Positions 37,248-46,995 of a stretch of DNA of 50,196 bases are shown piece by piece (positions within the stretch are counted from its first letter, which is position 1; each line of letters begins with the position of its first letter). The translations under genes and the position numbers were made by a program. Origin of the DNA: an uncultured Gammaproteobacteria bacterium. Lineage in GTDB: Bacteria > Patescibacteriota > Microgenomatia > CAYQLK01. The stretch spans positions 1 to 50,196 of the forward strand of contig CAYQLK010000003.1 in the NCBI GenBank assembly GCA_964418515.1. The letters run 5' to 3'. The notes beneath the pieces are model-generated. The model did no database searches. It was not told where the DNA came from and saw only the letters and a list, made by a program, of their open reading frames with translations.

Positions 37248-37777
37248 AAAAATCCCCGCATTATTTACCTCATATTCCCCGCATTTATTCCCGCATAATT
37301 ATTTTGCTTATATTTTTGTTTTTAGCCTCGCTTTTAATTGAAAAAGGTAAAACTTATAGCACGGTTAGCAATGAAAACATTGCGGATATTTATGAAAAAA
37401 TTAAAGAAAGACCTAATTCTGAAATATTACACTATAAGCTAGCAAAAGCACTTCAAAAAAATGGAAATTTTGAGGAATCGGTTCGTGAATTTTTAATTGC
37501 GAGAGAATTAGGAGTACCAACAAGCTTAGTTAGCGATGCTTTAATTCAAATTCAGGATTCAAAAGTTTCGTACGTGAAAATTACCAGCGATTTGGAGAGA
37601 TGGAAAAAAATTGTGGAAGACAAGCCAGACTATCGAGACGGCTGGTACCAAATCGCACTACTACAATGGAGACTTTCGGATAGTGGGGCTGCAAAAAATT
37701 CACTGATAAAAGCACTTGAACTTGATCCAAATTATAAACCAGCTAGGGATTTTTACAGCTTTTTGGCTAGCTCTTAA
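37229..37777 (+). CDS. membrane-anchored TPR-like repeat protein
   Basis: N-terminal TM segment. Helical-repeat text (YKLAKALQKNGNFEESV..., ALELDPNYKPA). Overlaps the valS end by 19 nt. Confidence 0.5.
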   Translation: MAKRKIKKSPHYLPHIPRIYSRIIILLIFLFLASLLIEKGKTYSTVSNENIADIYEKIKERPNSEILHYKLAKALQKNGNFEESVREFLIARELGVPTSLVSDALIQIQDSKVSYVKITSDLERWKKIVEDKPDYRDGWYQIALLQWRLSDSGAAKNSLIKALELDPNYKPARDFYSFLASS

Positions 37778-37787
37778 AATAAAGAGT

Positions 37788-38474
37788 TTAGTTTTCTTGT
37801 GAGGAGTCTGAGCCTTCTTCTGTGGTTGACTCCAGCCCTTCAGCTTGTCCATCCTCTTGAGGCTCGTTAGCTGCTTCGGCTTCTGCTTCGGCTTCGGCTT
37901 CTGCGGCTTCCATTTCTTTGGTCACAAACTCACCAATTGAAGCAACTACAAGTTCAGCATCTGACAATATCTCGATTTTGTCAGAAAGTTTGATGTCACC
38001 AATTGTGATGGTATCCCCTACTTCTTTTAGGTTTTCGATATTTACTTCGATTTTTTCTGGAAGGTCAGCTGGAAGCGCTTCGACTTCTACCTCTGAAACA
38101 GGGGTTAGAAGCAGTCCGACTTTTGTTTCAACGGCTTCTGATTCGCCGACTATTTCAACAGGTACTTGTACCTTAACTTTTTCAGAAAGGTTAACTTTAT
38201 AAAAATCTACGTGAAGAATCTTTAAAGTTACTGGGTCAAGATGGAGACCTTTAACAAGTACTGGATATTCCTTACCACCAACTTTTAGGGAAATAACAGA
38301 GGTTTCACCTGCTTTGTGGAATATAGTTTTAAATTCTTTTTCGTCAACTGAAATATTTTCTGATTTGATTTCGTGTCCAAAGACGTGCGCAGGAACAATA
38401 CCTTTAGCGCGAAGGGTTTTAACTTTACGACCAGTTATTTCTCTAGCTTGTGACTCAAGTGTTATTTTGTCCAT
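37788..38474 (-). CDS. rplY: 50S ribosomal protein L25/Ctc form with an acidic (EA)n tail
   Basis: RKVKTLRAKGIVPAHVFG, ISVDEKEF and HLDPVT motifs. Has the two-domain Ctc length. Confidence 0.85.
   Translation of the reverse strand: MDKITLESQAREITGRKVKTLRAKGIVPAHVFGHEIKSENISVDEKEFKTIFHKAGETSVISLKVGGKEYPVLVKGLHLDPVTLKILHVDFYKVNLSEKVKVQVPVEIVGESEAVETKVGLLLTPVSEVEVEALPADLPEKIEVNIENLKEVGDTITIGDIKLSDKIEILSDAELVVASIGEFVTKEMEAAEAEAEAEAEAANEPQEDGQAEGLESTTEEGSDSSQEN
37873..37910 (-). repeat. hexanucleotide tandem repeat (GCTTCK)n encoding the (EA)n tail of L25
   Basis: Five perfect GCTTCG/GCTTCT units at 37873-37902 plus degenerate flanks. They translate to EAAEAEAEAEAEAA. Confidence 0.8.
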
Positions 38475-38566
38475 AGTAATTAATTATAATCGTAATTTAC
38501 TCTAATGAATAAATTATAATCGACGCAGAAGTATAATGTTAAAGAAGTTTTATTGTCAAGATAATT

Positions 38567-41320
38567 TTATCTTCTAGTTTGAAACTCTAAAGAAAGTGAT
38601 GTGTCAGTAGTCGTTGAAAAAATGGCTTTTTGCTCAGAATAGACTAAATTATTAGTTGTTGCGTTAAGACTAATAAAGTCTGGGTGGTTAAATTCGTAGT
38701 TAAATTCAATACCATAAGTACCAGCTTGTTTTTGGTAGTAGAAAAAATAATCTGAGGCTTTCTCCGAGAGATTAATACCTTTTGGCTGGGTGTATTCGAA
38801 CTCAATTGTTTTACTGCTACTATACGGAACCTCTAAGCTGCCCGCAAAAAAGGTTAGCTTGCCATCATCAAAAGATCCGAATTGGCTTGTATAGTTAGCA
38901 CCGTCAATTGAAACTTTTTCTAATTTGGATCCTCTAGGAACAAAAACCCTAAGATAGTTTTTGTAATCCCCTGCTGGCCAGCTATTATTTGGAGATGAAT
39001 TTTTATAAATAATATTTACACGTGAAAGAAGATTGCCATTTTTGTCTAAATTGAGCGAATAATTGATTTTTTTATCTAGAAAAGCGTTAGATTTGTTAGC
39101 ACCCAGATTGGCATCAACGACCATTAAATAATCATTTGTTTTGCTTGTTTTTTCAGAGTAATTACGGCCAGGAACTTCGCCTGTTAGCCCAAGGATATCT
39201 AGTGCGCTTTGAATGGATTGGTCTTCAAAAACGACCTGCATACTTTGTTTGGTCAGCGACTGGTCAATTACTAAAAGAAATTGTGGTTCAAGATATTTTT
39301 TTTCTGTAACAATTTCATTAATTAATTCCCTCGAAAGCGCAGAGAAAAAGTTTTTTTTCTGCCTTGAACCTGGAAAAAAATTTACTTCTGAATATTTTTG
39401 GCCAAGTTCGGCAATGTTTTCCGACGATACTGTCTCGCTGTAATCTTTTAATTCAATAGGTCCTGTAAAATTCAAAATGGCTTTTATGAACTCCAAATCG
39501 ACTGCGATTACCCCATCAATTTTTTCGCCTGTTTCTTTGAAATAAAACTCTTTAATAACTGGATAGTTGTTTTTGAAATCAGGATCCCAGTTAGCGTCTC
39601 TAAGATACCAACTATCAACACCGAGGGCGTCAACAAGTGGTGCGGGGGCAGGAATTTTTTGTTTGAGTTGGCCATCGATATCGTAAATATCACCAACTTT
39701 TAAGGACGAAAATTTACTACTTTCAAAATCAACAGTCGAATAAGAACCAATAAATCCCCCACCCGGCCTGAGCTCATTATTGTTTAAATTAAGGATTAAG
39801 TATTTTTTATTGATATCTGTGCCGATAAGTTGTGGAATAAGCGGTGCGATAAATGTAGCTCTTTGAGATATTTGATAAAGATTTTTGATTTTTTCCTGGT
39901 AACTGTTAATTTTGTCAGTACCAAATAAATGACTTAGTTTTTGAGATTCTAAATACGATAGTTGAAGACTATTAGAAATGTCGGCAATCTTGACTGAAAT
40001 ATTATTAATTTCTGATTTGAAGATATTACTTTCTTTACCTTCTAAAGTAATTTGAAGCTCAGAAGATAATCTGGCAACATGTATCCCAGATTCAAAAGCC
40101 TGGGCTAAGTACAAACCACTATTACTAAAATGATTAATATCCTCCATTAGCGGAATTGTGTCTGAAATACCTGGAAAAATATTTAGTATTCCGTAGATGG
40201 TTAAATTACGGTTAAGTTTGGTTTGAGAAAACTTAACCCTTTGCAGGGCTTCATCATATTTTGATTCTTGAACCTGAGATTTGGCAAGTTGTAAATCATA
40301 AATTGCAGAAAGTGAATTAAAAATAATAAATAAAATTGGAGCAAAAATAATAAAAATCAAACCTATAGTTAAGTAAATATAATACTTTTTAAATTTTTTG
40401 TTGTTTTCTACTTTTTTGTATGTCCTTACATTTTTTGAAGAGGGAACACTTAGGTTAGAAATGGTTTGAATAAAAGAGCTTTTTGGTGACCAATTTATTT
40501 TGTCTGAACTTTTTTCAATTTCACGTGTGTTGTTTTTTATGGTTGGCACAACTTCTGTAGTATCAATACCTATTTTTAGATTAATTAAAAACGACTTACG
40601 AAATTCATCTTTAATCGTTTTGGCAAGCGAGCTAATTGAAATTTGAGCTGGATTTAAAATTGTTAAAATGCGACCATTTTTAAAGCTCATTATGGATCTA
40701 ATAATCCCAAAACTAACATCGTCGATGTGTGTGGGGTGAATATATTCAACATGATTACTGGGCAATAGAATCGATTTTTTTTCTACTGCTTGCGCTACAA
40801 AATAATCAATAATGCTTTTTTGATTTTGATAATTTTCGGAATATATTTGGCTAATTTTAATTATAGATCCCTTTATTTTTTTGTCTTTAATAAGTTGAGA
40901 GATTTTTTCGATTGGATAGACGGAATCATAATTAGTCGAAGTTAAATATTTATATTTTTTGGGAAAAACAACAGAATTTCCACGTCTTTCCAGCTCGAGA
41001 AATGGATCAATGTTAACAACAAGCGATAAGGGTTTACGAATTATTTGAGCAAGGTCTAAAAACTCATCAAATAATTGTTTGTTGTCTTTACCATTTTTTA
41101 TTTTGTTATCGAAATTGTAAATAAAAAGCAGATGAAAAGGGTGGAATGTGGAGCCAGACTTAGTATTTTGAAAATCCACAACAACATAGCCGGTGTCTTG
41201 TAATTTTTTAAACACTTCGTCTTTTAATTCAGATTCGGGTCCTGCAATTAAAATTTTGTTTTTAGTGTGAATATTTGAATTAGGCATTGAAGGCAAGTTT
41301 AAAAGAATCTCCTCAAACAA
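38567..41320 (-). CDS. large DUF4012-domain envelope protein with a cytoplasmic Rossmann-like N-terminal region
   Basis: NNELRPGGGFIGSYS is the DUF4012 signature. TM helix around aa 315-335. The N-terminal ILIAGPESE region resembles a degenerate NAD-binding fold. Confidence 0.65.
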   Translation of the reverse strand: MFEEILLNLPSMPNSNIHTKNKILIAGPESELKDEVFKKLQDTGYVVVDFQNTKSGSTFHPFHLLFIYNFDNKIKNGKDNKQLFDEFLDLAQIIRKPLSLVVNIDPFLELERRGNSVVFPKKYKYLTSTNYDSVYPIEKISQLIKDKKIKGSIIKISQIYSENYQNQKSIIDYFVAQAVEKKSILLPSNHVEYIHPTHIDDVSFGIIRSIMSFKNGRILTILNPAQISISSLAKTIKDEFRKSFLINLKIGIDTTEVVPTIKNNTREIEKSSDKINWSPKSSFIQTISNLSVPSSKNVRTYKKVENNKKFKKYYIYLTIGLIFIIFAPILFIIFNSLSAIYDLQLAKSQVQESKYDEALQRVKFSQTKLNRNLTIYGILNIFPGISDTIPLMEDINHFSNSGLYLAQAFESGIHVARLSSELQITLEGKESNIFKSEINNISVKIADISNSLQLSYLESQKLSHLFGTDKINSYQEKIKNLYQISQRATFIAPLIPQLIGTDINKKYLILNLNNNELRPGGGFIGSYSTVDFESSKFSSLKVGDIYDIDGQLKQKIPAPAPLVDALGVDSWYLRDANWDPDFKNNYPVIKEFYFKETGEKIDGVIAVDLEFIKAILNFTGPIELKDYSETVSSENIAELGQKYSEVNFFPGSRQKKNFFSALSRELINEIVTEKKYLEPQFLLVIDQSLTKQSMQVVFEDQSIQSALDILGLTGEVPGRNYSEKTSKTNDYLMVVDANLGANKSNAFLDKKINYSLNLDKNGNLLSRVNIIYKNSSPNNSWPAGDYKNYLRVFVPRGSKLEKVSIDGANYTSQFGSFDDGKLTFFAGSLEVPYSSSKTIEFEYTQPKGINLSEKASDYFFYYQKQAGTYGIEFNYEFNHPDFISLNATTNNLVYSEQKAIFSTTTDTSLSLEFQTRR

Positions 41321-41430
41321 TCAATTTGGAAGTTATCAACAGAAGTAGATTTGAACTATAACGATGTGAAAACTTTATTATAAGAGTAACCTTTGTTGCG
41401 GCCACAAATTATTAAGATAAGTAGTGAGAT

Positions 41431-41922
41431 CTATCGAATGTATTTTCCTGAAATTATGACAAAAAAACTTAAAATTGCTGCTGAAATTAAGGATGTTCCA
41501 ATTATTTTTAGATAGTTAATTTGGACTTCTTGTGTAACAGGTGAAAGGGAAGTAGGAATAAGATTAAATTGTTGATTTATTGATTTAAGCTGATTAAGAA
41601 TTAAGGGTTCGTACTTTTGAAAATTGGAAATTGATTGTGCTTCATTTTTTGCGCTAGTTTTTAACTCAATGACATTGACGGTTTTGTCGGCAGCGATAAC
41701 TACTGGTTTATTTAAACCTATTTGTTTAATAAAGTCTGGCGAATTAATAATGACTGTTACGGATTTTTCAATATTGGTAACCTGTGTTTTTTCATGTGAA
41801 ATATAATATGTTTGACTTGTTAAAAACATTTTAGGATTTTGCCACAGATAAAAACAGGTGAGCGCAAAAACTATTGTGAAAATAATAAAAATATATAATT
41901 TTTCTGATTGAATTAATTTCAC
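41431..41922 (-). CDS. hypothetical protein with N- and C-terminal TM helices (Wzz/PCP-like topology)
   Basis: Topology and cluster context only. No sequence motif recognised. Confidence 0.35.
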   Translation of the reverse strand: MKLIQSEKLYIFIIFTIVFALTCFYLWQNPKMFLTSQTYYISHEKTQVTNIEKSVTVIINSPDFIKQIGLNKPVVIAADKTVNVIELKTSAKNEAQSISNFQKYEPLILNQLKSINQQFNLIPTSLSPVTQEVQINYLKIIGTSLISAAILSFFVIISGKYIR

Positions 41923-41926
41923 GGCG

Positions 41927-42334
41927 TTATTTATCTAATACTAAATTAGCTTGAGCATCAGCCTCTTGGTTTTGTTCTCGAGGAACGTGGGTATATGTCA
42001 CCTTAAGAAATAACGACTCAAGAATTTTAACTTTTGAACTAAGTATTTTGAGATTGGGGTGTTTAATTTTGTACCTTCCGCTAAGTTGTTCAACGGCCAA
42101 TTTGGAATCTAATCGAAAATTAATATTTGTTTCTCCTACATCTTTGGATAATTCTTGGGCTTTTTGAAGCGCCTCAATAATAGCAGTGTATTCTGCAATA
42201 TTGTTAGTAGCCACCCCCAAAAAACTTCCACCGGTATAAATTGTTTCGCCATTTGTTTTGATTACAAAACCAGTTGAGGAAAGACCTGGATTGCCTCTGC
42301 TTGCGCCATCGGTAAAAATTGTGAATTCAGTCAT
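41927..42334 (-). CDS. rnhA: ribonuclease HI
   Basis: IFTDGASRGNPG, NNIAEYTA and REQNQEADAQAN, which is the D-E-D-D catalytic pattern. Confidence 0.85.
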   Translation of the reverse strand: MTEFTIFTDGASRGNPGLSSTGFVIKTNGETIYTGGSFLGVATNNIAEYTAIIEALQKAQELSKDVGETNINFRLDSKLAVEQLSGRYKIKHPNLKILSSKVKILESLFLKVTYTHVPREQNQEADAQANLVLDK

Positions 42335-43574
42335 TTTTTAGTTTGTGTATGAGTATAATCGAACCACCGACTAATATCAGCACTTCACTAATAACGGTAA
42401 TATATGCTGAAGCATAAGCACCATATTGTGGAATGAAATACAAATTTGCAACACAGTTTGCTGTACCTACAACTAAGTACAAGATGCTTAATATTTTTTG
42501 TTTATTGAAGGTGATAAGCAGCCACATAACAATAGCCGAAAGAAAAAAGAACGGGTAGCCGAGCGAAAGAATTCTTAAAATATTTGCTGAGGATGAAAAG
42601 CTTGGTCCGGAAATTAAATTAATGATCAGGCCAGCAGTAAGAAAAAATACTAAAGACAGCGTAATAGACACAACACTAAGTAGTAATACTGACTTTTTAA
42701 AAATTCTAATTAAAACTTTTTTATCATTTAAATGATTTAAAAATACGGGAAAAAGTGCATTAGAAAAAAAGATTGGCACAACTAAAACGGTTTCAAAAAT
42801 TCTGTACGCAAGTCCATAAAAACCCACTTCTTCCGGTGATCTGATAAAACCTAAAATAATAGTATCGATTCTGAAATAGATTAAATTAATAACAAGGGCG
42901 ACTCCTAAAGATATTGAGCTTAGTGAAAGAGATTTGCTGTATGTTTTATCAAAAACAAACTTTGGTTTATAGGTGAGCTTATTTAGGAGTTTGTACGAGA
43001 CTAAAAACAGAACAGTATTAGCAAATGTATAAGAAAGAACAAGTAAATATATATTTTTGAATGGGATTACAAGGATAACCAAAATTAGGGTAGCAACGCT
43101 CGAAATGATTGTCGCAACAGACGACAAGTCATATCTAAGGTTTTTTTGGAAAATTGCGTTTAATGCATTGTATAAACCCTGAAAAAGAATGGTAAATGAG
43201 GCTAGAAATATGCCGAATTTGACACTATTACTAAAACCAGTACTACCGGATGCGTTATAAGGAAGAGAGAGGGCAATAAGAATACAAATTAGAGTCAATA
43301 GAGATGAAATAATAAACCGCAAAGCAAAAAATTTATTAAAATCGTCCTTTATTTTGTCTGGAGGTGTTAATTTTAAAAACGTTGCATTAAAGCCAAAGTC
43401 GGCAATTAGGTAAAAAATTGAAACAAATGACATTATTTTGACAAATTCTCCATAATCAAAAACTGTGAGCTGTCTTGTAATAAGTGCAGTAATAAAGAGT
43501 GAAACAGAGACGGTCGCGCCTTTGGCGATCATTTGAAAAATTGTATTTTTGGATACTTCTTTAAGGTTTGACAT
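42327..43574 (-). CDS. Wzx-type polysaccharide/oligosaccharide flippase (MOP superfamily)
   Basis: 415 aa with about 12 TM segments. N-terminal SKNTIFQMIAKGATVSVSLFI is typical of polysaccharide biosynthesis protein families. Confidence 0.7.
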   Translation of the reverse strand: MSNLKEVSKNTIFQMIAKGATVSVSLFITALITRQLTVFDYGEFVKIMSFVSIFYLIADFGFNATFLKLTPPDKIKDDFNKFFALRFIISSLLTLICILIALSLPYNASGSTGFSNSVKFGIFLASFTILFQGLYNALNAIFQKNLRYDLSSVATIISSVATLILVILVIPFKNIYLLVLSYTFANTVLFLVSYKLLNKLTYKPKFVFDKTYSKSLSLSSISLGVALVINLIYFRIDTIILGFIRSPEEVGFYGLAYRIFETVLVVPIFFSNALFPVFLNHLNDKKVLIRIFKKSVLLLSVVSITLSLVFFLTAGLIINLISGPSFSSSANILRILSLGYPFFFLSAIVMWLLITFNKQKILSILYLVVGTANCVANLYFIPQYGAYASAYITVISEVLILVGGSIILIHKLKND

Positions 43575-44908
43575 TATTTCAAGTCTAGCATTTTGTTTGT
43601 TGCTAAAATCAAACCGATTAGCACTGTAAAAATATAGTTAGTTTGAAATTGAGTTAAAAAATAGTGATCAAATATCATGCCAAAACCGTAAGCTCCAACT
43701 AATGGTAGTAAAAGATGTGATTTGATTTGTGGTTGAGACTTAACAAACTTACCGATTGTTTGTTTGAAAAATAAAAGAACCAGTATTAATCCAATAATTC
43801 CATATTCAGCTAAAAATAAAATTAAAAAATTATGTGGAGGTTGAAATAATCTTAAGTTAAAGTTTTGAAAAAAATAATTTTGAGCAACAATTAAGTAATT
43901 GTTGGGACCTACACCAATAATAAAGTTGTCAAAAAAAACTTTTAAACCTATTAGGTTTAATTCCAGCCTTTCTGAGATAGTTTTAGACTCTATACTAATT
44001 CCAGAAATATAGAAGAGAGAAAATAAAATAAAACTTGGTATAAAAAGAATAATAAATTTGTAATTAATTGGTAAATTGTTTTTGTATCTTAATAAAACAA
44101 ATATTATTGCCATTATTATTCCAGTTCTTGAGAAAGAACCAACTAGACCAATTGTAAAAATTCCAACAAGTAGGCCGCATAAAAATTTTAGGTATTTTGT
44201 TTTAGCCGAATTAATAATGAATATTGAGTAGGCCAAAGCGCTAACAAGAAGTGCGGCGAGAATGTTGGGGTGAGGGGTGGTTCCATAGGCTCTTAAAAAT
44301 GAGTTATTAAAAATCAAACCGGATGCAATATTGGGGGTCGTAGAAAAAAAACGATATGAACCAATAATTGGAATATTAGGGGATATGCCGGTTGAAAACT
44401 GAATTAGGCCGATAAAAGTTGAAATAACTGCACCAGATATTAAACCGATGGAAAAAATTTTAATAAAAAGATATAAAGTTTTGGAATTTGTTGTGAGATT
44501 AAAAATACTAAAAATTAAAAGTGACACAAATATTAATTTAATTAACCCGAAAACCAACAGTGTTTTATTGGGAGAAAAAATAAACCATAAAGCGATAAGT
44601 GTTGTTAAAAACAACAGGTAGACAAATTTTTGGATTTTGAGGTTTTTTTTGAATTTAAAGTTTTTTAAAGAAAATAATGCCATTAAAATAATTAAAATAT
44701 CTGAAGGGTGTATGGTGAGAATAAAATAATCTGTAAGAAAACCAAAATAATAGGCTTGTGACGTATTTATCTTAATACCTGATTGAAAATTTAGACTTAG
44801 TCCAAAACAAAAAACGATTAACGTTAAAAGAAGTTGTGGAGATTTAAGCTTTTGGAGAGACGATAAGTTTACGGAAGCGACCTTCGCCCTCAGATCTTGT
44901 TTCAACAT
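43574..44908 (-). CDS. O-antigen ligase/polymerase (Wzy_C) family membrane protein
   Basis: Polytopic. GSFSRTGII and PHNFLILFLAEYGIIG resemble Wzy_C motifs. The annotated start overlaps jag by 65 nt. Confidence 0.65.
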   Translation of the reverse strand: MLKQDLRAKVASVNLSSLQKLKSPQLLLTLIVFCFGLSLNFQSGIKINTSQAYYFGFLTDYFILTIHPSDILIILMALFSLKNFKFKKNLKIQKFVYLLFLTTLIALWFIFSPNKTLLVFGLIKLIFVSLLIFSIFNLTTNSKTLYLFIKIFSIGLISGAVISTFIGLIQFSTGISPNIPIIGSYRFFSTTPNIASGLIFNNSFLRAYGTTPHPNILAALLVSALAYSIFIINSAKTKYLKFLCGLLVGIFTIGLVGSFSRTGIIMAIIFVLLRYKNNLPINYKFIILFIPSFILFSLFYISGISIESKTISERLELNLIGLKVFFDNFIIGVGPNNYLIVAQNYFFQNFNLRLFQPPHNFLILFLAEYGIIGLILVLLFFKQTIGKFVKSQPQIKSHLLLPLVGAYGFGMIFDHYFLTQFQTNYIFTVLIGLILATNKMLDLK

Positions 44909-45314
44909 CTGGATTGTTTTCTAAAGTGAGGTGAACTATACGCCTTTCGAAAGGTTTGAGGTTAGATAAACTTTGAGGCTTGTTTGAAAATTTGACCTTT
45001 TGAACAACTTTAGCAGCCAAATCTTTAAGTTCGGATTCTCTATTGGTTTTCCAATTATCGACATCAATGACAACATCAGGAAGCTCTTCCGTGGTAAATA
45101 GTTTATAAAGCATCGCATGAAGGATTGTTTGAAGTGAGTCTAAATTTTCTCCGTGCCTGCCAATTAAAATACTAGAGTCGGCACTTTCGATATTAAATCT
45201 TAATGAGCCGTCTTCTTGGCTGACTGCGGTTATTTCTGCACTTACATTAAGTCTGGAAAGTATTTTTTCCAGCTGATCGAGGATTTTGTCTTCGAGATTA
45301 TTATTTTTTGCCAT
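44844..45314 (-). CDS. jag: Jag/KhpB-type RNA-binding protein (KH plus R3H)
   Basis: IGRHGENLDSLQ (KH-like) and ERRIVHLTL (R3H). Conserved position after yidC. Confidence 0.85.
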   Translation of the reverse strand: MAKNNNLEDKILDQLEKILSRLNVSAEITAVSQEDGSLRFNIESADSSILIGRHGENLDSLQTILHAMLYKLFTTEELPDVVIDVDNWKTNRESELKDLAAKVVQKVKFSNKPQSLSNLKPFERRIVHLTLENNPDVETRSEGEGRFRKLIVSPKA

Positions 45315-46134
45315 TGTTGTTATTTTTTAAGAATGGGAGCCAGTCTACCAAAGATCCCCAGCCCATCACAAGATACTGCTGAATAATACCAAGAACCGAG
45401 AAGGTGTTCCAATATAGGGAAAGACCAAGCGGGAGAGTGTATGAGAAATATCCAATTAAGAGCGGCAGAATAAATATCATTTGGCTTTGTGTCTGCATTA
45501 TGGTGTCTGAAAAATCTTCTTTTTCGTTTTTACCTTTTTTAGGTTTAGGGGTAGATTTTGGAAGAGCCATTTTGGACTGAACCATTTGAAATAGTGCAGT
45601 AATTACTGGAATAACAAGGAGTAGTATGCCTGCCGACTGCCAATCGGAGGGCTTGGTATATAGGTGAACACCAAGGAATGAGGCGTCAAGAGGTTGATTC
45701 AAATGAAGAAAGTCAAAATATAAAATACTATTGAGTTTGGTGAGCGCTTCACCTGTGCCATCAGACGAAACAAGCTGATTAAGAACTTGATACAGGGAGA
45801 AAAAGATTGGAATTTGGATTAACAAGGTGACACAGCCTGTAGCTGGATTAACGCCGTGTGTCTTGTAAAGCTCGGACTGTTTTTGAGCGTGGAGTGTTTT
45901 ATCTTTGCCGTGTTTTTTCTTAAGATCGTCAAGATGGGGTTTAAGCTCGGCCATTTTTCTTGTCTGATGAAGCTGTTTGCCAGTTAAAGGCCAAACAATT
46001 AAACGAATTAAAATAGTCAGAGCTAGGACTGCGAAAGCGAGAGGGTAGGGGAAGTTGGCTGCTTCAAAAAGTTTATAGAAAAAAACTGCGACGTTTAAAA
46101 TTGGGTGAACAAGTATTTGGTTAATGAGATCCAT
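45301..46134 (-). CDS. yidC: membrane protein insertase YidC (short Gram-positive type)
   Basis: LTILIRLIVWPLT, GVNPATGCVTLLIQIPIF and GLSLYW motifs. Confidence 0.9.
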   Translation of the reverse strand: MDLINQILVHPILNVAVFFYKLFEAANFPYPLAFAVLALTILIRLIVWPLTGKQLHQTRKMAELKPHLDDLKKKHGKDKTLHAQKQSELYKTHGVNPATGCVTLLIQIPIFFSLYQVLNQLVSSDGTGEALTKLNSILYFDFLHLNQPLDASFLGVHLYTKPSDWQSAGILLLVIPVITALFQMVQSKMALPKSTPKPKKGKNEKEDFSDTIMQTQSQMIFILPLLIGYFSYTLPLGLSLYWNTFSVLGIIQQYLVMGWGSLVDWLPFLKNNNNGKK

Positions 46135-46140
46135 TTTTTA

Positions 46141-46434
46141 TTATTTTCTAGTTATATATGGCGAATATGATATCTTATGTTCCTTTTTTTTGCTTGTAGT
46201 AGTAACTGGATCATATCCACCAGCAGAGAACGGATTACAAGATAACACACGATAAATAATTTGTGGTAGCGCCTTAATACCAGAACCGCCTAATGAATGG
46301 ACTGCAAATTCTGAACAAGTCGGCGTATATCTACAGACAGGCTTAGTAAAAAATACTTTTATCAGACCATGGTCGGGTGAGAGGGTTTTTTGGTAGAGGT
46401 GAATAATTTTAATTAATAAGGTCGAAATAATCAT
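46141..46434 (-). CDS. yidD: membrane protein insertion efficiency factor YidD
   Basis: CRYTPTCSEFA and NPFSAGGYDPV motifs. Confidence 0.85.
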   Translation of the reverse strand: MIISTLLIKIIHLYQKTLSPDHGLIKVFFTKPVCRYTPTCSEFAVHSLGGSGIKALPQIIYRVLSCNPFSAGGYDPVTTTSKKKEHKISYSPYITRK

Positions 46435-46439
46435 AGTTT

Positions 46440-46739
46440 TTATAGTAATTTTTCTAGTTCAGTTTTAACTTCGGGAGAGTTTTTTTGAGATATATCTTTG
46501 CGAACCAATATAGAGATTTCTTTCTTTTGAGTAAAGAAAGGTGAAATTTCTAAAAATGCAGCCACCACTATCCTGCGCACCCTGTTGCGATCAACAGCCA
46601 GAGGACAAGTTTTTTTGGGAACGGTTACTATCAATTTATTTGTATCAGCAAGCCTGGAATTAACAATAAAGTAGGGCGACGAAACGGTATGGGAAAAATT
46701 GCGGGAAAACTTTTTGAGGCTCTGAGAGCGCGGGAGCAT
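46440..46739 (-). CDS. rnpA: ribonuclease P protein component
   Basis: 99 aa, AVDRNRVRRIV motif. Conserved rpmH-rnpA order, with the ATG overlapping the rpmH stop (TAATG). Confidence 0.85.
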   Translation of the reverse strand: MLPRSQSLKKFSRNFSHTVSSPYFIVNSRLADTNKLIVTVPKKTCPLAVDRNRVRRIVVAAFLEISPFFTQKKEISILVRKDISQKNSPEVKTELEKLL

Positions 46740-46897
46740 TACTTATGATTAATAACTCTAACTGTTAATGATTTGCGGCCTTTTCTTCGACGCGCAGAAA
46801 GCACAGCGCGACCAGCTCTGGTTAGCGATCTTTTGAAGAAGCCGTGTTTGCGGGCTCTTTTTTTCTTTTTTGGTTGATATGTCCTTTTGGTTGCCAT
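46739..46897 (-). CDS. rpmH: 50S ribosomal protein L34 (52 aa; absent from the ORF track)
   Basis: Hand translation gives [52 protein letters not shown]. It replaces the spurious 71-aa ORF 46758-46973 in another frame. Confidence 0.9.
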   Translation of the reverse strand: MATKRTYQPKKKKRARKHGFFKRSLTRAGRAVLSARRRKGRKSLTVRVINHK

Positions 46898-46911
46898 AAT
46901 TTGCGTGGGGA

Positions 46912-46941
46912 ATTATATGCCTAATGATTGAGTAAATGCAA
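46912..46941 (-). promoter_or_regulatory. candidate rpmH promoter
   Basis: On the minus strand: TTGCAT (46941-46936), N18, TATAAT (46917-46912). It lies about 15 nt from the rpmH ATG. Confidence 0.35.
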
Positions 46942-46955
46942 GCGCAGAAAATGCC

Positions 46956-46995
46956 TTTTCCACAATTAGACAAATGCTTGACGATATGTGGATAA
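46956..46995. promoter_or_regulatory. two DnaA boxes upstream of dnaA
   Basis: TTTTCCACA (46956-46964, 8/9) and TGTGGATAA (46987-46995, a perfect reverse TTATCCACA). Confidence 0.7.

Noticed and set aside
46758-46973. 71-aa minus-strand ORF from the track, overlapping the rpmH locus
   Set aside because: A different frame gives a textbook L34 sequence (46739-46897). The 71-aa frame is Cys-rich nonsense that extends into the promoter region.
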